The notes beneath the pieces are model-generated. The model searched no databases. It saw only the letters and a list, made by a program, of their open reading frames with translations, and was not told the DNA's origin. Position numbers and translations under genes: made by a program. This document shows positions 1 through 12,330 of a DNA stretch of 64,000 bases, in pieces. The stretch covers positions 9,736,001 through 9,800,000 of the forward strand of contig NC_045698.1 of assembly GCF_009834535.1 (NCBI RefSeq). The letters are read 5' to 3'. Numbering within the stretch: the first letter of the stretch is position 1; every line of letters begins with the position of its first letter. This DNA comes from Camelus ferus. Taxonomy: Eukaryota.

Positions 1-1559
1 CACCCTGCCACCCCACACTGCAGAGGCTAAATCCAGATGGAAATGGATAGCTAGAGCTGCAGGATGAGAAAAAAGTCAGACCAGGAGGGCAAAAGATTTT
101 TTTTTAAGTGCCAAGAGGGCCATGGGGACCAAAAAGACAGGAGAAATGGGAGAAGGAAAGAAAGATGAAAAAGTAGTAGAAGAAAGAAACTCTGATACTT
201 GACCCAAATCAACCTGTCGTGAGCCAGAGCACACTCAAGGAGCAACATTTTGGACCATCAACTGGACTTTGTGTAATGCTTTATTATCTAATAGTATGGT
301 TTGATTTCTACTAGCAGGTTGCTTTTCCCTCAGTAAACATTTGCAGGTATTTATTCATTAATTATTATTATTATTTAGTTGTTAGTTGCCTCTTAATGTT
401 AATAGCCTGAAATACAAAGATAAATAAGACAAGGTCCAGAGTCAATTTTAAAATGTTCTCAAGTTGGCAGGGGAGGTAAAGCATAAAGCTAATGCCCTGA
501 GTGTAAGCGCTAATAGAGAATGGAGACAAGTGCTATCAGTTGAGCCAGGGTGGCAGCAGAGCCCACTAACCTCAGATGTTGGTGTTTTGATCAGTGTTGG
601 GGTCAGCTTTCCAAAAGGAAAAATGAGGGCAAATGTTTTCAAGGCAGAGGCACCTGCAGCAGTTAGGAAGACCTGGGGGAAAATCATAGCACATCCGAAA
701 GGCAGAAGTCTGTTGGGCACAGGGACAGTGCGTGCAAGTGACAAATGTTAGAATAGTTACAAAAGGTGTGTAGGGGCCAGACTATGAAGGACCTGACATT
801 TTAATCTTATCCTAAAGTTTCTTGGAATTCCTGAAGGATATAGGCCTGCGGAATCAGCCGGTAGTGTGACGAGTTCCCCTTAGGGAAAGATAACCTGTTA
901 GAAAAATGAGATGAGTAGGAGAGAACAGATAGAAGGAAATGGGATGACTTGGGAGACCAATGCAAAGGTTAATTAGAAGAGGGTGACAGAAGCCCAGCTG
1001 TGATAGAAACAAGCTGAAAACAAAAGACTCATAAACTGATGCGAGCCAGGGTTTATGGTCATTTCATAAATACACTTACGCATCAGGCTCTTCAATGGGA
1101 CCATACCCTTCATTTTCCCATTGTTTCTATGGAGACATTTGATTCAACATATATCATTTTTAGTTATAGAGTAAGTGTCCAGAATTAACTGCTTGGATCA
1201 TGAGAACAACCTAAACCAGTTTGCTGTCTCATGAACTGAGAAGCCTCACACACAGCTTGGGCTTCTGCAGCAATAATAGTACAAGGACTCACCACCCGCA
1301 AGCCCTCGGTAATGCAATTACTTAAAGATTTACTTCAAGGAAAAGGAAAGTGAAGCTGGAAAGGTCACAATGATTATTAAGTATTTTGATATATTTAATT
1401 AACTATTGATTGCTTTAATAAAAGTAAGTTTGCATTTTAAAAATGTAGAACAAAATTCTAGACAACAATAACTAGAAAGATAGAGTTAAAGCTAGCTAAA
1501 AATCTGTTGTTACTGTCAAAATCTTTAGAAAAAAATTACAATTTTGTGTGTATACTAAA

Positions 1560-2390
1560 ATTTAAGGTCTTGGTGGCTGAAGCTGAAACAAATTGAGCAA
1601 CAAAATAAGTAGTATTAGATTATAACACAGAATGACAAATACATATCCAGGAGAACACATAGATTTTTTTAAATAATTGAATACGTAAGTAAAATGGTAT
1701 AAGTAAAATAAACAAAGCTCCTACCCAGAAGAATTCCAAAGAATTTCTGTATAAACTCTGAAGGAGTCTGACACCCCACCCCGAGCGCTTCCCTTACCTC
1801 ATTCTGGTGACTTTCTTCCAGAAGCACAGTAGAGAAAGGGAAAGGAAAAGAGTGACTTCACCATGGAGAAACCTGGCAAGCACAGCTTTTGCTTGCAAGT
1901 GATGAAGGTCAACATCAGCTGTGAGAGGCTGTGCTGACAGCATGTACCCTTGACATGATGTGATGAAAATGGCACTATAGCCCTGTGGTCTTCCTCACAG
2001 GAAACCATAGCCCCAGTCCAATAATGAGTAAAACATCAGAAAAATCCCAATACTGGGACATTCTACCAAAAACCTGATGAGTACTTCTCAAGACTGTCAA
2101 AGGCATCAAAAACAAGGAAAGTATGAAAAACAAGGAGACGTGATAACTAAATGCAGTGTGGTATCCTGAATGGGACCTTGGAAAAGAAAAAGGATATTAA
2201 GTAAAAAAATAGAAAATCTGAAAAAAATATGGTCTCTACTTAATACATCAACATTCATTTATTACTGGTTAAAAAAATCACACTAATATGATATATTAAT
2301 AATAGGAGAAAATGGATGTAGGATATATGGGAAATCTGTGTTATCTTGGCAATTTTTCTGTCAACCTAAAATTATTCAAATAAAGTTGAT
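1560..2390 (+). mobile_element. Old L1 3' UTR (L1MC-like)
   Basis: gagaaacctggcaagcac...gtgatgaaggtcaacatc...ggtatcctgaatgggaccttggaaaagaaaaagga...ttctgtcaacctaaaattattc resembles L1MC 3' ends. Confidence 0.7.
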
Positions 2391-3424
2391 TTTTAATTTA
2401 TTTTAATTTAAGGACTTTTAACTCCCCAGAGAGAAAAAAGAAAGAAATAAAAAAATTTATTAGTTATCTAGTCAATGGCAAGAAAAGATAATTTTAAAAA
2501 GCAAAAAAAAAAAAAAAAAGATAAACAGAGAAGTTTAGAATAAATCCAAATGTATCAATAATCAAAATAAGAACAAATCTTTTCAATTCCCACACTAAAC
2601 CACAGAATGAAAAAAGATCTCTATGTATTACATGGTTAGATCTCAAAAACATAATGTAGTATGAAAAACACAAGTTGCAGACAACATAGTGACATTTATG
2701 TAACAGTTAACACAAAATGATTATATATTGTGTGTGTCTATATATATATACATAGTCCATGAAAAAATATGTATATAGTACAAATATGAAAGCATAGCTA
2801 GAAAAATACGAAAACACAGCTTATTTAAAGAAAGTGATTCCTTCTGGAGATAGAAAGGGGAATGGATTGTGAAAAGGTACAAAGGAATCTTTAACTGTAT
2901 TTGCAGGTTTTAACTCCTTACAATAGACCTGATAAAACAAAAAATAAGAACTATCATTCAAATTCAACTGTATTAAGGTTGTTCCTGGATTAAATTAAAT
3001 AAATCAGAGCAAGCCTGAACTATATTAATTAACCTATATTAACCTCATCACCCTAGTATTTATCTCATTCTGTTTATGTAAACTATGAAGCTATGCAGTT
3101 TCAACTTACATGATACCAAAGTTCATTCACCATTAACACATGATGAAGTACAATTAAAGCCATCTATTGACTTTTCAATATAACGTTCAATTAACCCATG
3201 ACCTGATGAAATAAGACAAAACGACAATGAGCTTATTCAGGAATAGTTAGTCTGTTTCAGGGATGAAATTTAAAATAGAGTTCAATGATAAACAATTTTT
3301 CTCAAGATGTAACTGAATCAATCTTTCCATTAATTCCCAGGAAACAGAAAAAGCCTCTAATTAGTATATGTGTTTCTTTTCATTTGTTTTGTTTTGGTTT
3401 TAAACTCTAACATAATTTTTTTTT

Positions 3425-3700
3425 AAGGGAAGGAGAAGAGAATAAAAAGGAAACAAAGAGAGGAGGACAGAGAAAGGGAGGAGGAAGGAGAAGAGAGGAG
3501 AGAGTAAAGAGAAGAGAAGGGAAGGGAAGGAAGAGGGGGCAAGTGGGAATAGAGCCCTGGAGGCTGGAGCAAAGGAAAGAAGAGGGGAGAGCAGGGGAAG
3601 GGAGGCAGGACAGGGACAGGCGGGGAGGAAAGGGAGAAGAGGAAGTCGGAAGCAGAATCTGGGAAGGAGAATTCCTCACCAGAGAAAAGAAAGGATGATG
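3425..3700 (+). repeat. Purine-rich (GA/GGA) low-complexity tract
   Basis: Strongly G/A-rich; generates the Pro/Ser/Leu-rich pseudo-ORF 3407..3808. Confidence 0.8.
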
Positions 3701-5019
3701 CAAAGCCACCAGATGCCTGATTAAAAGAGATTCACAGGGGTTAATAAAGCTTGGCTCTTCCTTGAATATAAGACTTGAAGATGAGTTGCTAGTACCCATC
3801 ATAAACAAAAATTGGAACTAGCTCCACTCGTAGCATTTAATTTGGTCAAAAAGGGCTGAACAAAATGAAATAGGCCAAGAGACTAGTTCAAAATGATGGC
3901 TTTATAGCAAATGTATATTCCCTAACAGCATTTTAGGGCATCACAGGGAAACTCTGTAATGTTTCATGTCATTTTCAGGACACTATTTCCTACTTTAGTT
4001 ATTATTTAGTCCTTCTCTGTGAGATTTGTATTAGAAACATCTTAATTATTAAAATTATAATAAGCCATATGAAAAGATGGACAAACAGTGTAAACAAACG
4101 TTTTAGAAAAAGAAAAATTTCCCCCAATTTGTGCAATTTAAAAATTTATAAAAACTTTTTGGAATCTAGCAGACATAACTGGCAAAAGGTATATTTTAAA
4201 CTTTCCAACTGTTTTTATTTTGTAATTAAAGTGTTTTCTCTTATCATAAAAACAATGCATTCTCATCACAGAATATGCAGATTAACAAGGAGAAAGTAAA
4301 GAATACCCATAACATCAGCCACTCAGAGGCAATCCTCATCAACACTCATAAGTGTCTTAACATCCCAATAATTGTTTTCACACACAAAAAAATTTTTTGA
4401 CCAGATCACCTGGGGCCCTAGACATTACTTTCAATGAATGCCAGCAACAATTTGACCCGTTAAAAACTTATAAATTGTTTCCTGACTTCCTCTTCAATCT
4501 ATAATTTCACATTATTCCTGGAAGCACCAACTGGTTCTGATTCCCATCCCAGGAGCCTGGTTTCCTAGCATGCAGAGCTGGCAATGGATTTAACCAGACT
4601 CCTGTTGGGTGGTGCCAACCCTTGATCCATCTCTAAGTTGCTTTTACAGATGCTTTATCTCCATCCTGTGTGGGTGTCGTTCTTTTTATTTCTCTGTTTT
4701 TTACAACCTATATGTCATGAATGGCCTAACCTAAGCTATGTTGCTTGAATTTTGGAAGCAGAGGCAGGAGCCACACATTTAAACCAAGGCTGATGGGCCA
4801 AGATGCTGGTGATAATTAAGGGCAAAGGACTGGCTGGTCCCAAAGAGGGTCCAGGAGGCAGGAGATGCACATGTAACTCGAGGAAGTGCATAATATTTGT
4901 GTCTTGTGGATGCTGACTCAAAACTCTTCCCTTCCAAGTTTACAGAAAGGGAAGGGTAATGGAATGTTTCAACACAGAAGTTGCATCAATCCTGAACAAG
5001 TTGCTGTGAGCCATTACAT

Positions 5020-5087
5020 GTTTTTATTGAGCTATAATTGACATATAACATTATATGTTTTCATTGTACAACATAATGATTTGATTT

Positions 5088-5140
<53 letters not shown>

Positions 5141-5480
5141 ATGATCACCACAATAATTCTAGTTACCATCCATCACCACACATAGTTACAAAATATTTTT
5201 CCTGTCAAGAGAACTTTTAAGATTTCTCTTAGTAACTTTCAAATATGCAATACAGCTTGTTAAGTACAGTCACCATCATTACAGATATTTGACCTGAAAA
5301 AAAGCATTGAAAGCCAAAATGTTCTCACAATTTAAAAAAAAAAAAAAAAGTACTGATTTTACACCTGGACAAGTCTGGGCTCTCCTTTGTGGGAAAGCCA
5401 TCTCTAGGTCTATCCATGTTGTTGCAAATGGCATTATTTCATTCTTTTTTATGGCTGAGTAGTATTCCACTGTATAAATA
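5020..5480 (-). mobile_element. L1 3' end (L1MA-like) with internal (TA)n(GA)n microsatellite and ~105 bp of non-L1 filler
   Basis: tttttattgagctataattgacatataac start; 5401-5480 encodes EYYSAIKKNEIMPFATTWIDLE on the minus strand; microsatellite ~5088-5136. Confidence 0.8.
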
Positions 5481-5499
5481 TACAAGAATTTGACATTCT

Positions 5500-5842
5500 T
5501 AATAGCCACAAGCAGAGCTGAATAACGCAACCCCCAAGTACAGGGAAGAGAATTCTTTGTGAAGTTTGATCAATGGTCAACAGGAAACAGGAGGGAGCCA
5601 AACCCCAGCCCACCATGGACTACTCTTTGCCCCCCCGGTACTGAGGAGACACACCTATAGGGACCAGGGGTGTCTTTTCCCAGCTCTTTGCAGTGGAGCT
5701 GCTGTTTGGTACTGCATCCCTTCACATCTTTACTTATCTTTCTCCTCCCTCTTACTGCCTTAGAGTTGCAGCTCCCAGATAACACATTAGTGCTTTTAAT
5801 TTTTGCTTCAAATTCTGCATTCTAAAAAACTAAGGCTAAGAC
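5500..5842 (+). mobile_element. Old ERVL-type LTR fragment (LTR16/LTR33-like)
   Basis: Ends ...ttgcttcaaattctgcattctaaaaaactaaggctaagac, typical of ERVL LTR termini; family uncertain. Confidence 0.45.
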
Positions 5843-6529
5843 TGAATTTAAAGAGTAATAAACTTTTATCTTTGAAGACTTTAAAAAAAAAAAAGAAAAG
5901 TTTCACCTAAACTTGATTTTTTACTGATTTCATTCATTCAAATTCTAGATTTAAAATTCTACAGTAAGTTCAAATTAAATGTGTCAGGTCCTTAAGGAAA
6001 TATTGAGATATATATAAGCTCACCAATTTTAAACTGAGAAAATGTTTTTGGAAATTTTTGTAATTAGCTATCCGCCTTCAAGCACTCCAAATAGTGATAA
6101 TAAAAATGTTACTCTAGAAAAAATGCAGTATAGCTAAAATCAAAGATCTAGGAAACTCTGGGGTGAACAACCAAAAATTTGTCAAAGATTATTACTTATC
6201 CTCCTCATCCACATTATAAAAATAAATATAGTATAGGCGACAAGTACAAGTCCCATTACAATGAACTTCATAGTCTAGACAAATTGATTTGTTGTGGTTC
6301 AAAGCCTGCACGTTTCTCAAGTGGCTGGAATTCATCCTCAGGCAGCTGGAAATAAAATAGCTCTGTCCAACCTCTCTAAAATGAATTAGCAAATATAAAC
6401 AACTGCTCTAAACACAGTTAAGAAAATGAAAGATAACGTGAATTCTCCAGGCAAGTAATTCTTTGCACAGATTGTATCATTTCTTTTGAGGGTGATCAGG
6501 ATATTTGAGAAGGAAAAGGATGATGGGAA

Positions 6530-7220
6530 GCAACTGTGCAGTGAGTTGAGCCCTGGGGATTCAGAGATGAATAAAGTACCGTCTCTGCTTTTGATGAATC
6601 CACAGCCTGATAAAAGGAGAGACAAATAAGAATTTACTGCAAAAACATTATGAGAATAGCATCTTTCACTTTTTGGAAGAGCACAGATGGCAGCTACTAA
6701 TTTGACTTGCAGGAGGTCAGGGACCCTGGTAGACATTCTAGTTAACAAGTTACTGTCAACTGAAATTGCAATTTACCTGAAGAGGGAAATAATCGGTTTG
6801 GTTTGGGACATGCTGAATTTAAGGTAAAACATCCAGGCAGAGACAGCCTGTGCACAAACAGAAAATTAAGCCTGTAAGTTTGTGAGAAACCTCCAGTCTA
6901 AAGATGGAGATGTGAGGGTCAGGGGGGTACAGGTTATACTTAAATGCAGGCATGAAGAGGTCAGGGAGCATGTGTCAGGAAAAGAGAGGGATGCATTGAG
7001 AGGAGAGAAGAAGCTCAATTTTGAAATCCCAGGGAGCATAGATATTTAGGAGGAAAAGGAATTAAAGCAGTCATAATTTAGGGGGAAAGACAAACAAAAA
7101 ATTTCTGGTGAAAGCTGAAAAGTCTCAACGAAGAGAAAAGTAACCATCGGATTGGCAGTTAGCAGATCCTGCTGAGAGGACTTTGTCAGAGGTGGAACTG
7201 AGCAAAGCCAAACTGAAGTG
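6530..7220 (-). mobile_element. L2 fragments
   Basis: ggggattcagagatgaataaag...tctctgcttttgatga and tttgggacatgctgaatttaagg...catccagg are antisense L2 hallmarks. Confidence 0.6.
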
Positions 7221-7959
7221 GACTGAAGACAGAAAGGCAGACAGAGCAGTAGAAGGTGATGAGACACTAGCACCCAACATTGGCACCGCATCATTACATT
7301 GGGTCAAAAACAATAAATTGCATAAAACACAATTGCTGTGTGTGTAGACAGCTTGTCGAAGCCCCTTCTGGGGTCAGCATCATCCATATGTACCTGGTCC
7401 CATCTGCACTTTGATGCTCTTTGGTGCCATTTGTTGATTCCAACATAAACATCTCTAGGGGACCATTCTGATTTCTGTGCCTCACTGGGATTTCTACACT
7501 TAGCTCCCTTTTCACATGGTTGAAACGGGGAGACTGGGCTGGAAAAAAAGACATGGACAATCTCTTTCTGCCTCAGTCTCCCATGAGAGTTGTCTGCTAT
7601 TTCCTACTGTGCCTCACATCCCCACTCCAGAACTTAAAAACCAGCTACCACTGCCTCTCCCTTCCCATAGCCCCTGATCCCGCTCATCTTACTGTGGGAT
7701 GATGACAGGGTCACCGACGAGGAGAAAAAGCAGCCATAAGACAGAGAAGAAAAATATAGATCTTTACTGGGCAGAACAAAGGAGTGAGTCATAATTTAAA
7801 TACAGACTTCTTGTTCTTTGGCGTCATCTCAGTTACTTTTCAGTTTTATTATTCTCTAGTCTCTCATTTACCATGTAATGTTATATAATCAGGTGCCTTG
7901 ATAGAGTAACTATTGCTTGGATAGAAGAGAGAGACTTCATATATTATGAGATTAGTCTT

Positions 7960-8458
7960 GTACAGAAACTGTACCAATGTTGTCTCTTTTGTTTACAAAA
8001 TCATTTTCCTCTCTTTCTCCAAGAAGTTACACTTCCAAGTCTCCCTTGTCACTTGGATTCCACATAGGTTCAACCAGTAAGAGGCACTGGCAAAAGACTG
8101 GAGGGCAGGACGAGAGAAGTCAGGGACTGGGGAGAAGCCAGGGAATTCCTTCCTGTCTTGCCTGCTTCATGTAGCACACCCAGCAGGGGCTGGGTCATCC
8201 CCGTAACTCCAGATTCCACCATGTACCTACCAAGTTCTCACTCCCTGAAGGTGACCCTGGATCCTGGTTCTGGTGGCACTTCTGCCGCTCATGAGTGAGC
8301 ACAGATTCCTGCAGCTGCTAATCTTTTGAATGCATCAACCACTCTTATTTGGTTTCTCAGATCTTCCACTACCCAGAAACAAATTCCTTGAAATTAAACT
8401 CCCTCCATTGAAAGCCCTAAAGTGGCTTCTGTCTTCTGGTTGGAACATAACAGATAAA
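7960..8458 (+). mobile_element. LTR33-like ERVL LTR
   Basis: ggttcaaccagtaagaggcactggcaaaagactggagggcagg and terminal attaaactccctccattgaaagccctaaagtggcttctgtcttctggttgg. Confidence 0.65.
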
Positions 8459-11154
8459 CCATCATAATCAGACGGAGAAAGCACAGTTCTAGGAAGATTA
8501 TTAGCAAAGACAGGGAAGTATTTATCTATATCAGCCTTCATTATCATATTTCCTTAACAAACCCTCAACCAAAAGTGATATAGAATTAACAATGTCCTTT
8601 CTAACCAGCAAGTTAAAACTTATTTGAAAATATGGGTACACAGAGGGAAAAAACGCCCTGAAGAATAGAAATGCTGTGAAATCAGGGCTCTCAGATAGTG
8701 AGGGCTGATGGTCCTAGAGGCAAATTAGTTGAAGAAAAAGGGAGACATGCTGGAGCTCAACAACTATTAGAAAGGGAAGAGATGTCAAGATGAGATGCAC
8801 AGAAAAAAAAATTGCTGAACAAAATCACAAGAACTGAGGTGATCAGTCTGCTTAGTAAAATTAAAATGACTGAGATCTACAAGATGATGGGAGACAGGAT
8901 TCCAGGGAAGAGGAGAGAGAAGAAAGAATTACACTAGCAAATAGGGAGAAAGGGAAGGGGATGTTTTAAATCCAAGAGAAACAACAAGAATACTAAATAG
9001 TTTGTCTCTACTGACATAATCAAACAAATAAAGCCTATATATATATAACTGTCAAAGGCTGAGGGATCATCATGCTATGTTTTCCATATTAGGCTTACCT
9101 GGGGTAGGGCTTGGAATTCATCTGAATAATTTATGGAGCCTTATAAAATAAAATTAAAAAATAAAATAAAATAAAATAAATTCTAGGACGCCATCTCCCA
9201 CCTCCCAGTCTAGAATTACTGAAACAGACTAGGGGGTGAGGATTTTGAATCTAATTTTTAAAGAACTACCCACTTAGAGTTGAGAGTCCCAACTGAAGGA
9301 GGTACCTGCAGGACCTTGTAAGTAAGACAAATGCCAGCATAGCTGAATGATCTCCTGGTGTCCACGAGTAGAAGGATACTCTTTAAAGAAGTGGGGAGAT
9401 TTGCCTGATATCAGAGATCCCAAGATTTAGAAGAAATTTTTCACAGTAAGTGTTTTTAGACACTCTGAACAGTGACAACTAGAAGGTTGTTTCCAAAAGA
9501 CCTCCTGTCTGAGGGTCTTCTTGGGAGGATCCCGTCTTATCCCAGACCCGAAGGAGGTTTTTATTTCTATGCATGCTTTACTGTTTAGGATATAAATGTA
9601 CATCTGGATTCCCCCTCTACCCCATCTTCTTTTTCCTGCATTTGAGATTTGGTCCTAAAGTAATTGTAACCAACTTTAATTTTCAGCTGGAAGGTTCTGG
9701 GACATTAAACAACACAAAACAAAACAAGAAAGACTCTTTTTAAAATATTATTTTATAGAACTATTTGCTGCATTTATTTTACACACAGCATGATGATTAC
9801 TTCTCCAGGCTTTTTTTTTTCCCTCTTTGTTTAGAGATAACTAGATAAGCAATTTTTCGGAGACAGTCACAGACACACATTACTAATGCCTAGCACATTT
9901 GGAGAAGCTTCAAGACCATTTGTAACACCACTGAAGACATTTTCAATAACTGGCACAATTTTGAAATGGAAATTGCTCTTGGTGTTAAATTTTAAAAGCA
10001 ATTTTGTTTGGAAATATTAGTGCAATCTACAAAGAAACAGCAAATCATACAGCTAAGGGGACTAACAGCCTTTGAAGCTTTAGCAAGAGACTGGAGATTT
10101 CTCATTCTTTTCTTTCTGCTTGCCTTCCTTCCCTCCCTCTTTCCTTTCTTTGTTCTGATACCTATGTAGGACATGATACTGAGCAATTACTGCTCTGCTG
10201 TAATCCAATGAGACAATCAGATATTAAGCAAATAATTACACAAAAAAGTAAAATTTTAAAGTAGATAGAAATATGAGAGCATCTGACAAGAGAGTTGACA
10301 TAACCAGGGAATCAAATGAGAGTTTTCAGTGCCTTTCAGACATCCAAGGAGAAACGTTAGGTAGGCAGATCGTTAGATGGTTAGAGTCAAAAGATTGTGG
10401 TTAATAGACTGCTTACAGGCTAGAACTATTCTGATTAACATTTGAGACAGCCTGGGTGAAATGTATTCTTTCAAGTAATAATTCCTAAGCATATGACACA
10501 GTGGTAGTATGAACGTGGCTTTTACCGAGCTGGCTTTAGTCTGATCGAAGGGGAACGATGGATGTGCTTGGAACAGTTACGTGGGAAGTCCTGTCTAATT
10601 CAAAGCCCAAATAAGAACTGAGGCAGAAACTAATGCAGGAGCCCAAGGAAGACTAGGGACTCCAGGCATGAGATTAAGAAAGGAGAAGGAGGGAAGGAAA
10701 AGAAAAAGCACTGGTGAGGGAATAACTATACCAAAGCGACTCAGGAGATGTTGACTTGGACCCAGCGGTGGCGGGGGGGCGGGTCTGTGTATGTATACAG
10801 GTATATACATATGCGTATGTGTGTGTGTTATAATAGCTAAACATTGCTCCAAGACAGACCCACAGATTAAAACAGGTAAGAAGTGGAGCCAAACTTTGGG
10901 GAATTTAGAAATTGAGATGATGGGAGTTTAAATAAAACTGGATAACTCCCCTATATGCCCCTTCTCTCTGCTGCCTTCTACCTGTCTCCATCTGCTGTCA
11001 TTATATTTTGAAAAGCTATTGATATTACCAGGAATCACCTGGCCTGTGACTAAGTTATTTAGAAGGCTTATAGAAAAGGTGACTAGCAGTTCAAATTTTC
11101 TAATACCTGCTATTTAATTTTAAAGTAACCTTTAAAAAAGAAAGGGAAGTCTAT

Positions 11155-11291
11155 ACTTTATAATAGCCTATAATGATAAAGAACATGAAAAGGAATATGT
11201 ATGTATGTATGTATGTACCACTGAATCACTATGCTGTATACCAGAAATTAATGCAACATTGTAAATCAACTATACTTCAATAAAAAAAAAA
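11155..11291 (+). mobile_element. Short L1 3' tail, same family as 43922-44633
   Basis: ctgaatcactatgctgtataccagaaattaatgcaacattgtaaatcaactatacttcaataaaa resembles 44560-44630. Confidence 0.85.
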
Positions 11292-11295
11292 TATT

Positions 11296-11601
11296 ATAGC
11301 ATCAGTTTGAGATGCTATAACAAACTACTACAGAGCAGATGACTTAAATAACAAACACTTATTTCTCACAATTCTGGAAGCTAGAAGTCCAAGATCAAAG
11401 CATCAACAGATTTGGTGTCTGATGAGAAATGGATTCCTGGCTCAGATTCATGGGTCGCTATGTTCTCACATGACGGAAGGGGCAAGGATGCTCTGTGAGG
11501 TCTTCTTTATAAAGGCAGAGCCCAACCTCCTAATGCTATTACATTGGAGGTTAGGATTTCAACATATGAATTTTGAAGGAAAACAAACATTTAGTCTATA
11601 T
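11296..11601 (-). mobile_element. MaLR LTR (MLT1A-like)
   Basis: aacaaacacttatttctcacaattctggaagctagaagtccaagatcaa...ggttaggatttcaacatatgaattttg. Confidence 0.8.
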
Positions 11602-12099
11602 AATACTCTGTATATACCTGAGTTGAAATAAAATGTGTGTGTATATATATATATGACTAGTTTATATGATAAATATCAACTAGCAGCCGCCAAAGGAATA
11701 AAATATCAGAAATGTATCTAAATGTATTAAATGCCCTTGTCATCACAGAAATTATCCATTATTAAGGAAAGTCTTTTGATATCATGGATGGTAAATGAAA
11801 ACCTGCTTTCTTTTTTGCTAGCATATTTAATTACCTGTTTTGTAACTGTATGTCCCCGAAGGCATTAAGAAGTCAAATTATTCCAGAAGGAAACAAGGTA
11901 GAAGGCTTGTCTTAAAAGATTCCTGAAAATGACAAACTTCAGCACAATTCTTTAATTTTTCACTGTTCTTTGTTGCACTAATCAGCCCCTTCCTCTTTGT
12001 TTCACAAAGAACTAACTTTCTAAAAAGGAAAGGAAAAGATGAACTTGGAAAGAGCGCGGAACCTCTGAGCATGGCGCTCCTCACTGTGAAACGAGGGCA

Positions 12100-12330
12100 G
12101 CGGGGCTGGTGTGATGCCTGCTACAGCCAGGGGGCGCTTCGAGCAACTCACATCTATCCGCTCACTCGGTCCTTGCCGCTACAAGGTGAGTATACTCCTG
12201 TTACAGGTGAGGACACTGATGTTGGGCTACGTGCCGGGGGTCACATAGCAAAGGAATGAGGACAAAGTGAAGGCTCAAGCCCAGGGACTTTGGCAACAAT
12301 GCCTGTACCGTTGGCCACCATGTTGCACGG
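12100..12330 (-). mobile_element. MIR, unusually CpG-rich
   Basis: tactcctgttacaggtgaggacactga...ggtcacatagc...ggctcaagcccagg follows the antisense MIR core. Confidence 0.65.

Noticed and set aside
3140..3206. C/D-box snoRNA-like pair (ATGATGA...CTGA)
   Set aside because: Only a 2-bp terminal stem, no recognisable rRNA/snRNA guide, and intergenic; such motif pairs are expected by chance.
3407..3808. 133-aa Pro/Ser/Leu-rich ORF
   Set aside because: It is the reverse complement of a GA-rich low-complexity tract.
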